Assembly: GCA_016709225.1 (NCBI GenBank)
Contig: JADJEE010000012.1
Span: 2,051,630 to 2,115,629, forward strand
Direction of reading: 5' to 3'
Origin: Deltaproteobacteria bacterium
Lineage (GTDB): Bacteria > Myxococcota_A > Polyangia > Nannocystales > Nannocystaceae
Length of the DNA stretch: 64,000 nucleotides
The stretch's first letter is position 1. Each line of letters starts with the position of its first letter. This document shows, piece after piece, positions 31,874-44,345 of this stretch. Under the pieces are notes generated by a model. The model searched no databases, was not told the origin of the DNA, and saw nothing but the letters and a program-made list of their open reading frames with translations. The position numbers and the translations under genes are program-made.

Positions 31874-32779
31874 GTGGTGGCCGATCCCCACGACGACGAC
31901 GATGACGACGACGTTCCCCTGCGTGCCCGCGCGGTGCCGGAGGTCGAGGTCGACGTCGACGCACTCGCGGCCGACCTGCAGACAGCGGCGTCACGGACGC
32001 CGGCGTACGACGACATCGACCTCGGCGGCGCCCGCGACGACGAACTCGACGGCGGCGATGACCTCGAGGACCTCGAGGCAGAGTTCGAGGAGCTCGATGA
32101 GCTGCTCGAGGCCGTCGAGCCCTCCGAGGCCTCCGAGCCGCCCGAGGAGGCCACGCAGCCACGTCGGCTCTACCTCGCCGTCGACGGTCGCCTGCACGTG
32201 GTGTCGACCGAGCGCTTCGTGATCGGCCGGGTCTCGAGCCAGTGCGACCTGACCATCGTCGACGCCAACATCTCGCGCCAGCACTGCGCGATCGAGCGCC
32301 GCGACGGCCTGTTCTTCGTGGTCGATCTGGGCAGCACCAACGGCATCATCGTGGACGGCATGCGCGTCGACGATCACCCGATCGCCGACGGTGAGGTGCT
32401 GGTGCTGTCGGGGCACCGAATCGTCTGCAGCTTCGAGCCGCCCGAGCTCGAGGCCGTCGCAGCGCCGCAGCCGATGGCAACGCCGGTTGCCGTGCGTCCG
32501 GCAGTGACCGCCCGCCTGTCACCGGTGTCGCCGGCGACCCCCGAGGCCTTCGTGGCGACGCCCACCGCCGCCCGCGCGCCGACGCCCGTGTCGATCCCCG
32601 CGGCCACACCCATGGGCTTCGAGCAACGCGTGGAGCAGCAACTCGCCGCGATGGCCGCCCAGCTCGCCGCGCTCACCTTCGCGGTGCAGCGCCTCGTCGA
32701 GCAGGGTGAGTCGCTCAAGGGCGTCGAGGCGCTCGCGCAGGTGATCCAGCGCCGCTTCGAGCAGAGCAAGCGCGGCTAG
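31874..32779 (+). CDS. FHA-domain protein with acidic N-terminal region (start uncertain)
   Basis: FHA core FVIGRVSSQCDLTIVDANISRQHCAIERRDGLFFVVDLGSTNGIIVDG. A GTG near 31874 is chosen because no ATG is available upstream of the domain. It ends 1 nt before the GNAT gene. Confidence 0.6.
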   Translation: MVADPHDDDDDDDVPLRARAVPEVEVDVDALAADLQTAASRTPAYDDIDLGGARDDELDGGDDLEDLEAEFEELDELLEAVEPSEASEPPEEATQPRRLYLAVDGRLHVVSTERFVIGRVSSQCDLTIVDANISRQHCAIERRDGLFFVVDLGSTNGIIVDGMRVDDHPIADGEVLVLSGHRIVCSFEPPELEAVAAPQPMATPVAVRPAVTARLSPVSPATPEAFVATPTAARAPTPVSIPAATPMGFEQRVEQQLAAMAAQLAALTFAVQRLVEQGESLKGVEALAQVIQRRFEQSKRG

Positions 32780-32780
32780 G

Positions 32781-33308
32781 ATGATCGAGGTTCGCGCGAT
32801 CGATCGTTCCCAGGAGCACGCCGGCGTCGCGGCGATCGACACCGCATTCGAGACCTCGACCATCTACGAGCTCGCGATCGAGTCGACGCGGCTGGTCCTG
32901 CGCGAGATGGCGCTGGCGACACCGCACGTCAAACGCTACCCCATCGCAGAGGTGTTCGAGCCGTGGTCGTCGTGGGAGCACGGCTTCGTGGCGTGCGACG
33001 GCGAGACCATCTGTGGCTTTGCGGCGGTCGAGTACGTACCGTGGCACCGACGACTCGTGCTCTGGCACCTGTATGTCGATCGTGCGCGCCGACGCGAGGG
33101 CATCGGCCGCGCGCTGCTCGAGCACGTCGAAGCCCATGGCCGCGCCTGCGGCGCGACACGGGTGTGGCTCGAGACCAGCACCGTCAACGTGCCTGGCATC
33201 GTCGCCTACGCGCGCCTGGGCTACACGCTGTGCGGCGTCGATGCCCACTACTACGAGAACACCCCCGTCGCCCACGAAGCAGCGGTCTACCTCAGCAAGC
33301 CGCTGTAG
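32781..33308 (+). CDS. GNAT-family N-acetyltransferase
   Basis: LWHLYVDRARRREGIGRALLEHVEAHGRACGATRVWLET matches acetyl-CoA binding motif A (R/Q-x-x-G-x-G/A). Confidence 0.75.
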   Translation: MIEVRAIDRSQEHAGVAAIDTAFETSTIYELAIESTRLVLREMALATPHVKRYPIAEVFEPWSSWEHGFVACDGETICGFAAVEYVPWHRRLVLWHLYVDRARRREGIGRALLEHVEAHGRACGATRVWLETSTVNVPGIVAYARLGYTLCGVDAHYYENTPVAHEAAVYLSKPL

Positions 33309-33415
33309 CGCGCAGCGAGCAGCTCGAGGTCTTCTGCGCTGCCGGCCTCCTGCGGAAGGTGTCCCTGCCCGCGCCATCGGGAATGCCGAGGGCGCGCGAC
33401 GGGTGGTGATGCAGG

Positions 33416-33829
33416 ATGTCATCGCCTCCGCATGCCGCCCTGGATTCGAAGCGACGTGCACTGGAGGAGCTGAGGAGCGCGGACCTCATCCTCCTCGGGG
33501 TCGGCACCGGGTCTGCAGGTGTGCCACTGTCGGGGATGATCGGTCGGTGGTCGCTGCTCGACTGGTTCACGGGCGACTCGGTGAGCAATGAGATCGCGGC
33601 GGCGCAGACCCACGTCGACGGCGCGGTACTCGAGGCCCAAGCCCACCTCCGCCGCGCGCTCAGCCTGGTGAACGGTGAGGGCTGGACGAACGGTGTCGCC
33701 AACGACGGCAACCAGCTGCTGCTGCACACCGCGGTCGGCCTGCGACGGGCGACCCGCGAGTTCTTCGATCGGATCCTCGCCAACGATCCGCAGCTGCAGG
33801 CACAGGTCGCCCCGCTCGGCGAGTGGTAG
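33416..33829 (+). CDS. hypothetical protein
   Basis: 137 aa with a protein-like composition (W/F/N/Q) and no recognisable domain. Confidence 0.4.
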   Translation: MSSPPHAALDSKRRALEELRSADLILLGVGTGSAGVPLSGMIGRWSLLDWFTGDSVSNEIAAAQTHVDGAVLEAQAHLRRALSLVNGEGWTNGVANDGNQLLLHTAVGLRRATREFFDRILANDPQLQAQVAPLGEW

Positions 33830-33883
33830 CCACGGTCGACGCCGCGACGTCGACCGTGCTGATGACCTTCGCGACAGCGGCCG

Positions 33884-34366
33884 CTACTGGTGCTTCTCGC
33901 CCGCGACCTCGATGAGCGCATGGAAGCCGTCATGCACCTTGGTGAACGCGGCATCGAAGCTCGCACGATCACCGGCGCACACCGTCTCGAGCTCCTTCAC
34001 GGACGCCGTGAGCGCGGCGGCCTTGGTCTTCCACGCGTCATCCTGGCCGTTCGCGGCGGCCGGCACCGGCTCGGCCTCGATCGCCGCGGCCTTGCCCGCG
34101 AGATCGGCCGACGCCGCGCAGGTGTCCGCGACGCGCTTCTCACCGGCGTCGGCGTGCCACAGCGGCGACAGCACGTCGTGGAAGTTCTTCACACCGCCCT
34201 CGAAGGCGTGCTGATGGGCGGGCTCGCCCTGATGTTCACCCTGGTGCTCGCCCTCGGCACCGGCCGACGCGGTCGCGGCGGTGTCGTTGGGCGTGGTGGT
34301 GTCCTTCTTCGAGCAGCCCGCGAGGGCCACGGCGACGACGAGCAAAGTGGAGAGGCGGTGCGTCAT
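33884..34366 (-). CDS. hypothetical lipoprotein with His-rich segment (HQGEHQGEPAHQH)
   Basis: Signal peptide with an LAGCS lipobox, K/T-rich mature N-terminus, two Cys and His-rich motifs that could bind metal. Confidence 0.6.
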   Translation of the reverse strand: MTHRLSTLLVVAVALAGCSKKDTTTPNDTAATASAGAEGEHQGEHQGEPAHQHAFEGGVKNFHDVLSPLWHADAGEKRVADTCAASADLAGKAAAIEAEPVPAAANGQDDAWKTKAAALTASVKELETVCAGDRASFDAAFTKVHDGFHALIEVAGEKHQ

Positions 34367-34437
34367 GCGGCACCCAGTACCCGCCGCGGGCGGCGAGCGT
34401 CAAGCCGCCACGGCGCGCAAAAACACCACCGTGGCGG

Positions 34438-35460
34438 TCAGAGCTTCCAGAACCGCTGCTGTCGCTGTTGGGCCGCACGCAGATCCTGCTCCGCGCGACC
34501 GCTGGTCCGGCGGTCGTTGGTCGGTGCCACGGCGCCGGCAAGCACGTCAATGCAGGCGTGCACGCTCTTGGCCAGGCCCGCGAGGTCGTAGCCGCCCTCG
34601 AGCGTGAGCACCATGCCGATCTCGCGGCGCTTGGCGAAGCTCTGCAGCTTGCCACAGAGGTTGGCGAAGCCGTCCTCGGTGAGTGCCATGCCACCCAGGG
34701 GGTCGTCGCGGTGGGCGTCGAAGCCGGCCGACACCAACACGAAGTCGGGGTCGTACTGCTCGGCGATGGGCAGTACCAGCTCGTCGAACACGCGCGCGTA
34801 GTCGCCATCGGCGGCGCCGGCCTGCAGCGGCACGTTCACGGTGTGGCCCAGGCCCGCGCCGATGCCGACCGCCGAGGTGTCGCCGGTGCCGGGGTAGAGC
34901 GGGAACTGATGCAGGCTGCAGAACAGCACCGAGTCGGTGTCGTAGAAGATCGACTCGGTACCGTTGCCGTGGTGGACGTCCCAGTCGACGATGAGGATGC
35001 GCCGCTTGAGATGTACCGCGCGCGCGTGGGCGGCCGCGACCGCGACGTTGTTGAACAGGCAGAAGCCCATCGGTCGGCCCGCGACCGCGTGGTGACCGGG
35101 CGGGCGCACCAGCGCGAACGCGTTGCCGACGTTGCCGGCACACACCTCGTCGACCGCCTGCACCGCAGCGCCGGCCGCCAACGCAGCTGCGCGCACGCTG
35201 CTCGGTGACACGTGCGTGTCGGGATCGAGGCTGCCGTACTGTCCCGCGAACGCGCCGACGCGAGCGATGTGCTCGAACGTGTGGACCCGCGCGATCTGTT
35301 CTTCGGTCGCGGGCTTGGGCGCATCGATGCGCAGGTGGGTGGTGGTTCGCAGGCTCAGCATCGCCTCGATCGCGCGCAGGCGATCGGGTCGCTCCGGATG
35401 ACCGGGACCAGGATCGTGTTCGATCATCCGGTCGTCGTAGAGCAGGAGCGTCTCGAGCAT
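34438..35460 (-). CDS. histone deacetylase-family (AcuC/HDAC-like) amidohydrolase
   Basis: The start is at [25 protein letters not shown] (ATG 35460). HDAC signatures are present: [28 protein letters not shown] and EGGY. The upstream 500 codons of ORF 34438..36972 are antisense of the aspartate kinase gene. Confidence 0.85.
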   Translation of the reverse strand: MLETLLLYDDRMIEHDPGPGHPERPDRLRAIEAMLSLRTTTHLRIDAPKPATEEQIARVHTFEHIARVGAFAGQYGSLDPDTHVSPSSVRAAALAAGAAVQAVDEVCAGNVGNAFALVRPPGHHAVAGRPMGFCLFNNVAVAAAHARAVHLKRRILIVDWDVHHGNGTESIFYDTDSVLFCSLHQFPLYPGTGDTSAVGIGAGLGHTVNVPLQAGAADGDYARVFDELVLPIAEQYDPDFVLVSAGFDAHRDDPLGGMALTEDGFANLCGKLQSFAKRREIGMVLTLEGGYDLAGLAKSVHACIDVLAGAVAPTNDRRTSGRAEQDLRAAQQRQQRFWKL

Positions 35461-35661
35461 GCGCAACTCCGGCGAGCCGACCGGGCTCGCACGACGCGAG
35501 CCCAGACACCGCCGCCGAGCATAGCGGCACAGCGTGGGAGATCGCAGCCCCGTCGTGGCGACGTTGACGAACGCGGCCAAGCCCCGGAAACTCCGGCCGT
35601 CGTCGCCTGGCCCCCGCGGTCGCGAGAGGGCACCGCGCGCAAACGACCGGAGCAAGCATCC

Positions 35662-36993
<1,332 letters not shown>

Positions 36994-37018
36994 CGCAGCC
37001 CGGCTGGCACGGCGAGGG

Positions 37019-37150
37019 CTACTTGGTGGCCTTCGCGTCGGCCTTGCCGTCCTTCGCGTCGGCCTTCGCCTCGACCTTGCCGTCCTTCGCGTCGGCCTTC
37101 GCCTCCGCCTTGCCGTCCTTCGCCTCGGCCTTCGCCTCGACCTTGGCGTC
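37019..37150. repeat. tandem about 30-nt coding repeats (AKADAKDGK(A/V)E units)
   Basis: Repeated gccttcgcgtcggccttgccgtccttcgc units are visible in the sequence. Confidence 0.6.
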
Positions 37151-37927
37151 GGCCTTGGCGTCGGCCGGGCAGGCCTCCTTGTGGCCGAGTCCGCAGGCCT
37201 TCTCCTTCATCGCCACGGCGCCCTTCTTGTCCTTCTTGCCGCCGAGGCCCTTCTCCATCGCGAGGCCGAGGTTGAAGCAGCCGACCGCATCGCTCGCGTC
37301 GCAGGCGGTCTGGAACGCCGCGCGGGCCTTCTTCGCGTCCTTGGGCCCGCCCTCGCCGAGCATCATGAGGCGCGCCTCGGACACGCATGCCGGCATCTGG
37401 CCCGACTGGCACACCTGCGCGTAGAGCTCGCGCGCCTGGGTCTTGTCCTCGGGCGTGCCCGTGGTCTCGAACGAGCTCGCCGCGGCGTGGCACTCGTTCA
37501 TGTCACCGGTCTCGCACGCCGTCAGGTGCAGCTCGCGGGCGGCCTTCGGATCGGCCGGCCCACCGACGCCCGCGTCGAGCATCGCGGCGTAGTAGGTGCA
37601 GCCGATCTTGTGCCCGAGCGCGCAGCCCTTCTCGTAGAACTCGCGCGCCTTCGCGGCGTCGGCCGGACCCTCCTTGCCCTGCTCCCACATCACACCGACC
37701 GACGTGCAGATGTCACCCTTGCCACCGTCGCAGGCCTCGGTCTGGAGCGTGCGCTGGTCCTTGGGCTTCTCGTCCTCTTGCTTGTCGTACATCCCGGGGG
37801 CATCGGGATCCGTGGTGGGCGAGATGGTCGTGGCGGTCGCATCGGGGTCGACGGTGCTGGTGTCCTTGTTCTTCGAACACGCGATGCCGACCAGGCCGAT
37901 GCACAACGAGAGCGCGAGACGCTGCAT
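37019..37927 (-). CDS. Sel1-repeat lipoprotein with C-terminal Lys/Ala/Asp low-complexity tandem repeats
   Basis: LVGIACS lipobox and several Sel1-like repeats ([29 protein letters not shown]...). The tail is [20 protein letters not shown]. Confidence 0.75.
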   Translation of the reverse strand: MQRLALSLCIGLVGIACSKNKDTSTVDPDATATTISPTTDPDAPGMYDKQEDEKPKDQRTLQTEACDGGKGDICTSVGVMWEQGKEGPADAAKAREFYEKGCALGHKIGCTYYAAMLDAGVGGPADPKAARELHLTACETGDMNECHAAASSFETTGTPEDKTQARELYAQVCQSGQMPACVSEARLMMLGEGGPKDAKKARAAFQTACDASDAVGCFNLGLAMEKGLGGKKDKKGAVAMKEKACGLGHKEACPADAKADAKVEAKAEAKDGKAEAKADAKDGKVEAKADAKDGKADAKATK

Positions 37928-38148
37928 GTCCTGCGGTCTACCGCCGTGCCGCCGCGCGAAGCAACCGCGAAGCGCGATGCGGCGCGAAACCCCGCGCGGC
38001 CGACCGTCCGGCCACGCGCACCGGTACGGGCGCCCGGGCCGGCACGATCCCCAGACACCCGAGCGGAACCGCCACGGGGCAGACGTGTACGTACGCTTGG
38101 CGTAACCTCGGTGTGCCGCGCCGCATCGTCGGACGCGATGGAGACCGG

Positions 38149-40140
38149 ATGCGCACCGTCATCGATCGCGCCTTGCTGCACCTCGAGCCCGGGCAGCACC
38201 AACCCGCACGCGACATCGGTGGCGTCGAGGCGGCGACGTGCGAGTGGCTCGAAGCCGACGGCCTCGGTGGCTTCGCCTCTGGCACGGTGCTCGGCGTCCG
38301 CACGCGCCGCTACCACGCCGCGCTGTTGGTCGCTGCGCAGCCACCCACCGATCGTTTCGTGCTCGTGCAGGGCCTCGAGGCCTGGCTCGAGACCGACACC
38401 GGTGTGTACGCGCTGAGCTCGAACCTCTACGACGGCGAGGTCGTGCACCCCGACGGCGTCGCGCATCTGCGCGAGTTCCGACACGACCCGTGGCCGCAGT
38501 GGCGCTACGACCTGCCCGACGGCACGCGCATCGTCGCCGAGCTGTTCGTGCCGCGCGGGCTCGCGATGGTGGCGTGCAGCTGGACCCGCGAGGGCGGTCG
38601 CGGCACCGCGTTCCTGCGCGTGCGGCCGATGCTCGGGCCCCGCGACCCCCACGGCCTGCACGTGATGAACGACGACCTCGTCGAGGGCGTGGCGATGCGG
38701 GACCGTCGCGTGATCTGGCGGCCCTACGAGGGCGTGCCCGCAATCGAGGCGCTCTGCTCGGGCACCTACGAGCACGCACCCGAGTGGTTTCGTCGGGTGC
38801 TGTACCTCGAGGAACGCGCGCGCGGCCTGCCCGATCGCGAGGACGTGTTCTCGCCCGGCGAGTTCACCTTCGAGCTGGGCAACGAGCGCGCGGAGCTATT
38901 GCTCGGCACGACCGCCGCGATGGACGGACTGGCGGGTGAGCCCTCGGCCAAGGCCGCGGCCGCGCAGCTGCGCACCCGCGAGCTCGAGCGCCGCAAGCAC
39001 GCACTGTTGCGGGCGCGCGACGCCTACGTGGTGCGCCGCGGCGAGGGGGCCTCGATCATCGCAGGCTACCCATGGTTCGGTGAGTGGGGCCGCGACACTT
39101 TCATGGCGATGCGTGGGCTGTGCATCGCCACCGGCGCGCTCGACGAGGCGGCGGGGATGATCGACGCGTGGGTTGCCGAGGTCAGCGAGGGCATGGTGCC
39201 CAACCGCCTCGCAGAGCGGGGCAGCACCCCCGAGTACAACTCGGTGGACGCTTCGCTGTGGTTCGGCATCGTGGTGTGCGAGCTGGTCGCGGCGTTTGCC
39301 AAGGCCGCGCGTCCGCTCGAGGACGCACGCCAGCGCGCGTGGCTGTCGGCGGTCGACGCCATCATCGACGGCTTCACCGCCGGGACCCGCCATGGCATCC
39401 GCGTCGATGACGACGGCCTGGTCGCCGCCGGCGAGCCGGGCCTGCAGGTGACATGGATGGACGCCAAGGTCGACGACTGGGTGGTCACGCCGCGCATCGG
39501 CAAGCCGGTCGAGGTGCAGGCGCTGTGGTGCAATCTGCTCGCGCTCGCGTCGGTGCACCGGCCCGAGCTCGCGGCGCGCTGCGAGCTCGCGCGGGCATCG
39601 TTCGGCAAATTCGTGAACGACGAGCGCGGCATCCTCTTCGACGTCATCGACGTCGACCACCAGGCGGGTCGCACCGACGGCAGCTTCCGGCCCAATCAGA
39701 TCTACGCCGTCGGCGGTCTGCCGCGCGCGGTGGTCGACGGCGCGGTCGCACGCCGCATCGTCGACGCGATCGAGCGCGAGCTGCTGACGCCGATCGGACT
39801 GCGCTCGCTGGCCCCCGGCGACCACGGTTACGCGCCGCGATACCTCGGTGGCATCCGCGAGCGCGACGGCGCCTATCACCAGGGCACGGTGTGGCCACAC
39901 CTGATGGGCGCGTTCGTCGATGCCTGGCTGCGCGTGCACGGCCGCACCCGCTCGAGCATCTCTGAGGCGCGCGAGCGCTTCTTGGCGCCGCTGCGCGAGC
40001 ACCTCGGTCATGCCGGCCTCGGCCACGTGTCCGAGATCGCCGACGCCGAGGCGCCGCACACCCCCCGCGGCGCGCCGTTCCAGGCCTGGGGCCTGGGCGA
40101 GCTGATCCGCATCGAGGCGCTGCTCGCCGACGACGCGTGA
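38149..40140 (+). CDS. amylo-alpha-1,6-glucosidase / glycogen-debranching-enzyme-like (GDE_C family) protein
   Basis: ATG at 38149 follows GGAGA by 5 nt. The central and C-terminal regions match (alpha/alpha)6 GDE_C text (GYPWFGEWGRDTFMAMRGL..., WMDAKVDDWVVTPRIGKPVEVQALW, YHQGTVWPHLMG). Confidence 0.75.
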   Translation: MRTVIDRALLHLEPGQHQPARDIGGVEAATCEWLEADGLGGFASGTVLGVRTRRYHAALLVAAQPPTDRFVLVQGLEAWLETDTGVYALSSNLYDGEVVHPDGVAHLREFRHDPWPQWRYDLPDGTRIVAELFVPRGLAMVACSWTREGGRGTAFLRVRPMLGPRDPHGLHVMNDDLVEGVAMRDRRVIWRPYEGVPAIEALCSGTYEHAPEWFRRVLYLEERARGLPDREDVFSPGEFTFELGNERAELLLGTTAAMDGLAGEPSAKAAAAQLRTRELERRKHALLRARDAYVVRRGEGASIIAGYPWFGEWGRDTFMAMRGLCIATGALDEAAGMIDAWVAEVSEGMVPNRLAERGSTPEYNSVDASLWFGIVVCELVAAFAKAARPLEDARQRAWLSAVDAIIDGFTAGTRHGIRVDDDGLVAAGEPGLQVTWMDAKVDDWVVTPRIGKPVEVQALWCNLLALASVHRPELAARCELARASFGKFVNDERGILFDVIDVDHQAGRTDGSFRPNQIYAVGGLPRAVVDGAVARRIVDAIERELLTPIGLRSLAPGDHGYAPRYLGGIRERDGAYHQGTVWPHLMGAFVDAWLRVHGRTRSSISEARERFLAPLREHLGHAGLGHVSEIADAEAPHTPRGAPFQAWGLGELIRIEALLADDA

Positions 40141-40218
40141 CCACGGCCGTGGGCGACAGCCGGGCGCCGAGCCGATCCGCGAGAGATCGGCGATGATGGT
40201 CGCCGCGACGACGCTGAG

Positions 40219-40841
40219 ATGGCACATCCGTTCACCACCGACACCGCGCGTCGACGCCTGCAGGCGGCCGCCGACGCGATCGAGGCCCGCAGCAGCGCAG
40301 AGGTCGTCATCGCCGTGCGAGTCGCCGCCACCGACATGCGAGCGGCGGCACTGCTGGGCGGCACCGCGTGCTCGTTCTTCGGCCTGCTGGTCTCGCTGTT
40401 CGCACCGCCGGAGTTCTCGCTCGCGTCGATCGCCGCGCTCGACGTGGCGTGGTTTCTCGTGGGCGTGCTCGCCGTGACGGCGATGCCGGGGCTCGCCCGT
40501 CTGCTGAGCGCCGAGGCCGGTCTCGTGGCGAGGGTGCGCGCCGCGGCCCGGGCGTGCTTCGTCGAGCTGGGCGTGCACACGACCCGCGGTCGTACCGGGC
40601 TGCTGGTGTTCATCGCGCTGCGCGAGCAACAGATCGTCGTCGTCGCCGACACGGCGATCGATCGCGGCCGGGATCCCGAGCTCGCCCGCGCACTCGCGGC
40701 CATCGAGGCCATCGGCCACGAGGTCGGTCTGACCGAGGAGGCCCTCGGCACGCTCGAACGCGGGCTCGAACGGCTGGGCGACGTGCTGCACGAACGCCTG
40801 CCGCGCGCAGCCGACGACGTCGACGAGCTGGGGGCGTGGGG

Positions 40842-40845
<4 letters not shown>
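40219..40845 (+). CDS. hypothetical membrane protein
   Basis: Two or three predicted TM helices. Its TGA overlaps the ATG of the next gene (ATGA at 40842-40845). Confidence 0.5.
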
Positions 40846-42350
<1,505 letters not shown>

Positions 42351-42376
42351 ACGACGCGGGCCCACGCGCCGCGGCT

Positions 42377-44221
42377 TCAGGGCCGCGGACCGTAGGTCGG
42401 CAGCTCGTCGCCGAGCTCGTACGCGCCGAGATCGGGCGCGGCGCCGTCGTGGGCGAAGCCCGGGATGACCGCACCGGCATCGACCGCGACCGAGCCGGCC
42501 GCCAGGCGTAGGTCGGGCGCCGCGGCGGCGGGGAACGCTGCGCTCGGCACCGCGACGGCGGCAGCGAACACCGAGGCGTCGATCTCGATCGCGTGCACCT
42601 CGGTGGTGTTGGCCTGCAGCTCGGCGAGGCTGCTGAATGCGGTGCCGCCGAGGTCGCCGGTGAACATGCCCGCGGCAGAACCGTAGCCGTCGTAGTCGAG
42701 ATCGAACTGGGTGATGGCGGCGAGGTCGATGACGTCGCCCTCGCCGTTGTCGTAGCCGGCGTAGGTCGCCCCCGGGCCGCCGAGGAAGAGGTTGTTGCGG
42801 AAGTGCTGCCGCGCGAACACGTCCTCCGTGAAGGTGCTGAGTGCATCGCCCATCTTGACGACGGTGTTGTGCCAGCCGACGTCACCGATGCTGCCGCGCT
42901 GCAGCTTGAAGGCCTGGAACGCGGCGTTGTAGATCGCGTTGCGCACGAAGTAGCTCGGCCCCCCGAGCGCGGGCTGCGACGAGATGCCCATGAACACGTT
43001 GGTCAGACGATTGCCGATGACCCGGCAGTCGTGGAAGCAGAAGTCGGCCTCGATGCCGTCGTCGGCCCCCTCGGAGATGTCGTTGTAGAGCACGTCGATC
43101 GACCACTGATCGATCGCACCGTCGTCCTCGATGAACGAGATGCAGTCACGGAAGCCGCGCACGCGGTTGTGCTCGATCACGTGACCGGGGCCGGTGACCT
43201 CGATGCCCTCGCCGATGTTGTCGCCGTCGACGCCGAGCGAGCCCTCGGCCCAAACCGTCGCGCCCTCGACGAGGTTGTCGGCGATATAGAGGTTCTCCGA
43301 GCGGGTCTTGGTGACGATGCCGTCGCCCTCGGTGATGACGTGGTTGCCGATGAACGCGAGGTCGAGCGCATCGTTGAACTTGATCTGCCCGTGGACCTCG
43401 AGGCCCTGCACGATCACGTGGGCACGACCATCGAGGCGCACCTCGCCGTCGACGACGACCGCGCCTGCGGCACGCACGACGATCGGCGCGTCCGCGGTGC
43501 CGTCGACCGGGAACGTGAAGCTGGCGTAGGTGCCGGCCGCCAGCTCGAGCACGTCGCCGGGCTGGGCCGCGGCGGCCGCGGCCGCGAAGCTGCCGGGATC
43601 GACCGCGATCACCGGTGCACCCGGCATCGCCGCGGGCACCGGCCGCGTCGACGCGGTGAGCGTCCGGATCTCGCAGCCGCCATCGGGATCCGACAGCGCC
43701 AGCTCGACCTCGTAGGCGGTGCCCGGCGACAGCCCGAACACGGTGCCGACGTGGCGATTGGGCCACTCGAAGCCCTCGAGCGCACCGGCCGGCGTGCGAC
43801 GCAGCGGCGTGCCCTCGTGCCAGCTGCCGCCGGGCTCGCGCCAGCGCACGGTGACGACGCCGTTCTCGTTGGTGTCGCCGTCGACGAGCCACTGCACGGT
43901 GAGATGTTCGAGGGTCGGCGACGGCAGCGTCGCCTCACCCGGTGTGGTACCGAGCGCATCGACGGCGTCGCCGATGCCATCGCAATCGGGCGGCGGTGGC
44001 TCGGTGGTGTCGCCGCTACTCGCATCGGCGCTGTCGCTGCTGTCGCCGATGGTGCCGTCGGTGCCCGCGGTCATCGTGCCGGCGGTCATCGTGCCCGCGG
44101 TCATCGTGCCCGCGGTCATCGTGCCGGTGCCGCCGCTGTCGGCTGCGTCGTCGCCGTCAGGGTCGCCGCGGTGACACGCGAGCAGGAGCAGCACGCCGAG
44201 GGCGAGATGGCCGTAGGTCAT
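42377..44221 (-). CDS. right-handed parallel beta-helix (pectate-lyase-like) lipoprotein
   Basis: The start is at MTYGHLALGVLLLLACHRG (LLAC lipobox). It has a TMTAG x4 linker and repeated beta-helix rungs (GNHVITEGDGIV, NLYIADNLVEG, GIEVTGPGHVIEHNRVRG, NDISEGADDGIE, VIGNRLTNVFMG). Confidence 0.75.
   Translation of the reverse strand: MTYGHLALGVLLLLACHRGDPDGDDAADSGGTGTMTAGTMTAGTMTAGTMTAGTDGTIGDSSDSADASSGDTTEPPPPDCDGIGDAVDALGTTPGEATLPSPTLEHLTVQWLVDGDTNENGVVTVRWREPGGSWHEGTPLRRTPAGALEGFEWPNRHVGTVFGLSPGTAYEVELALSDPDGGCEIRTLTASTRPVPAAMPGAPVIAVDPGSFAAAAAAAQPGDVLELAAGTYASFTFPVDGTADAPIVVRAAGAVVVDGEVRLDGRAHVIVQGLEVHGQIKFNDALDLAFIGNHVITEGDGIVTKTRSENLYIADNLVEGATVWAEGSLGVDGDNIGEGIEVTGPGHVIEHNRVRGFRDCISFIEDDGAIDQWSIDVLYNDISEGADDGIEADFCFHDCRVIGNRLTNVFMGISSQPALGGPSYFVRNAIYNAAFQAFKLQRGSIGDVGWHNTVVKMGDALSTFTEDVFARQHFRNNLFLGGPGATYAGYDNGEGDVIDLAAITQFDLDYDGYGSAAGMFTGDLGGTAFSSLAELQANTTEVHAIEIDASVFAAAVAVPSAAFPAAAAPDLRLAAGSVAVDAGAVIPGFAHDGAAPDLGAYELGDELPTYGPRP
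44063..44125. repeat. 4 x 15-nt tandem repeat encoding TMTAG pentapeptides
   Basis: ggtcatcgtgcc(c/g)gc is repeated four times. Confidence 0.7.
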
Positions 44222-44345
44222 GCCCGCATTGTCGCAGACGCTGGCCACTGCGCACGTGCGCACGCGCTCGGACGGGCGCCTGCGCCCTGCTCCGGCGCGA
44301 TTGAGCATCGCACCTCGCGGCACCTCACTTGCAGCGGGCGCGCCC

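Noticed and set aside
31740-31880. Possible signal peptide plus lipobox (…AAALVVLALLGCP) in a different frame just upstream of the FHA gene, suggesting a third frameshift
   Set aside because: The hydrophobic stretch is made of GCG/CTC/GTG/CTG codons that arise easily by chance in GC-rich DNA. It lacks an ATG or a basic n-region, and an exported FHA domain is biologically unlikely. It is kept as low-probability only.
34547-35659. 370-aa minus ORF overlapping the HDAC-like gene in another frame
   Set aside because: It is R/G/P-rich junk. The HDAC frame carries all the catalytic motifs.
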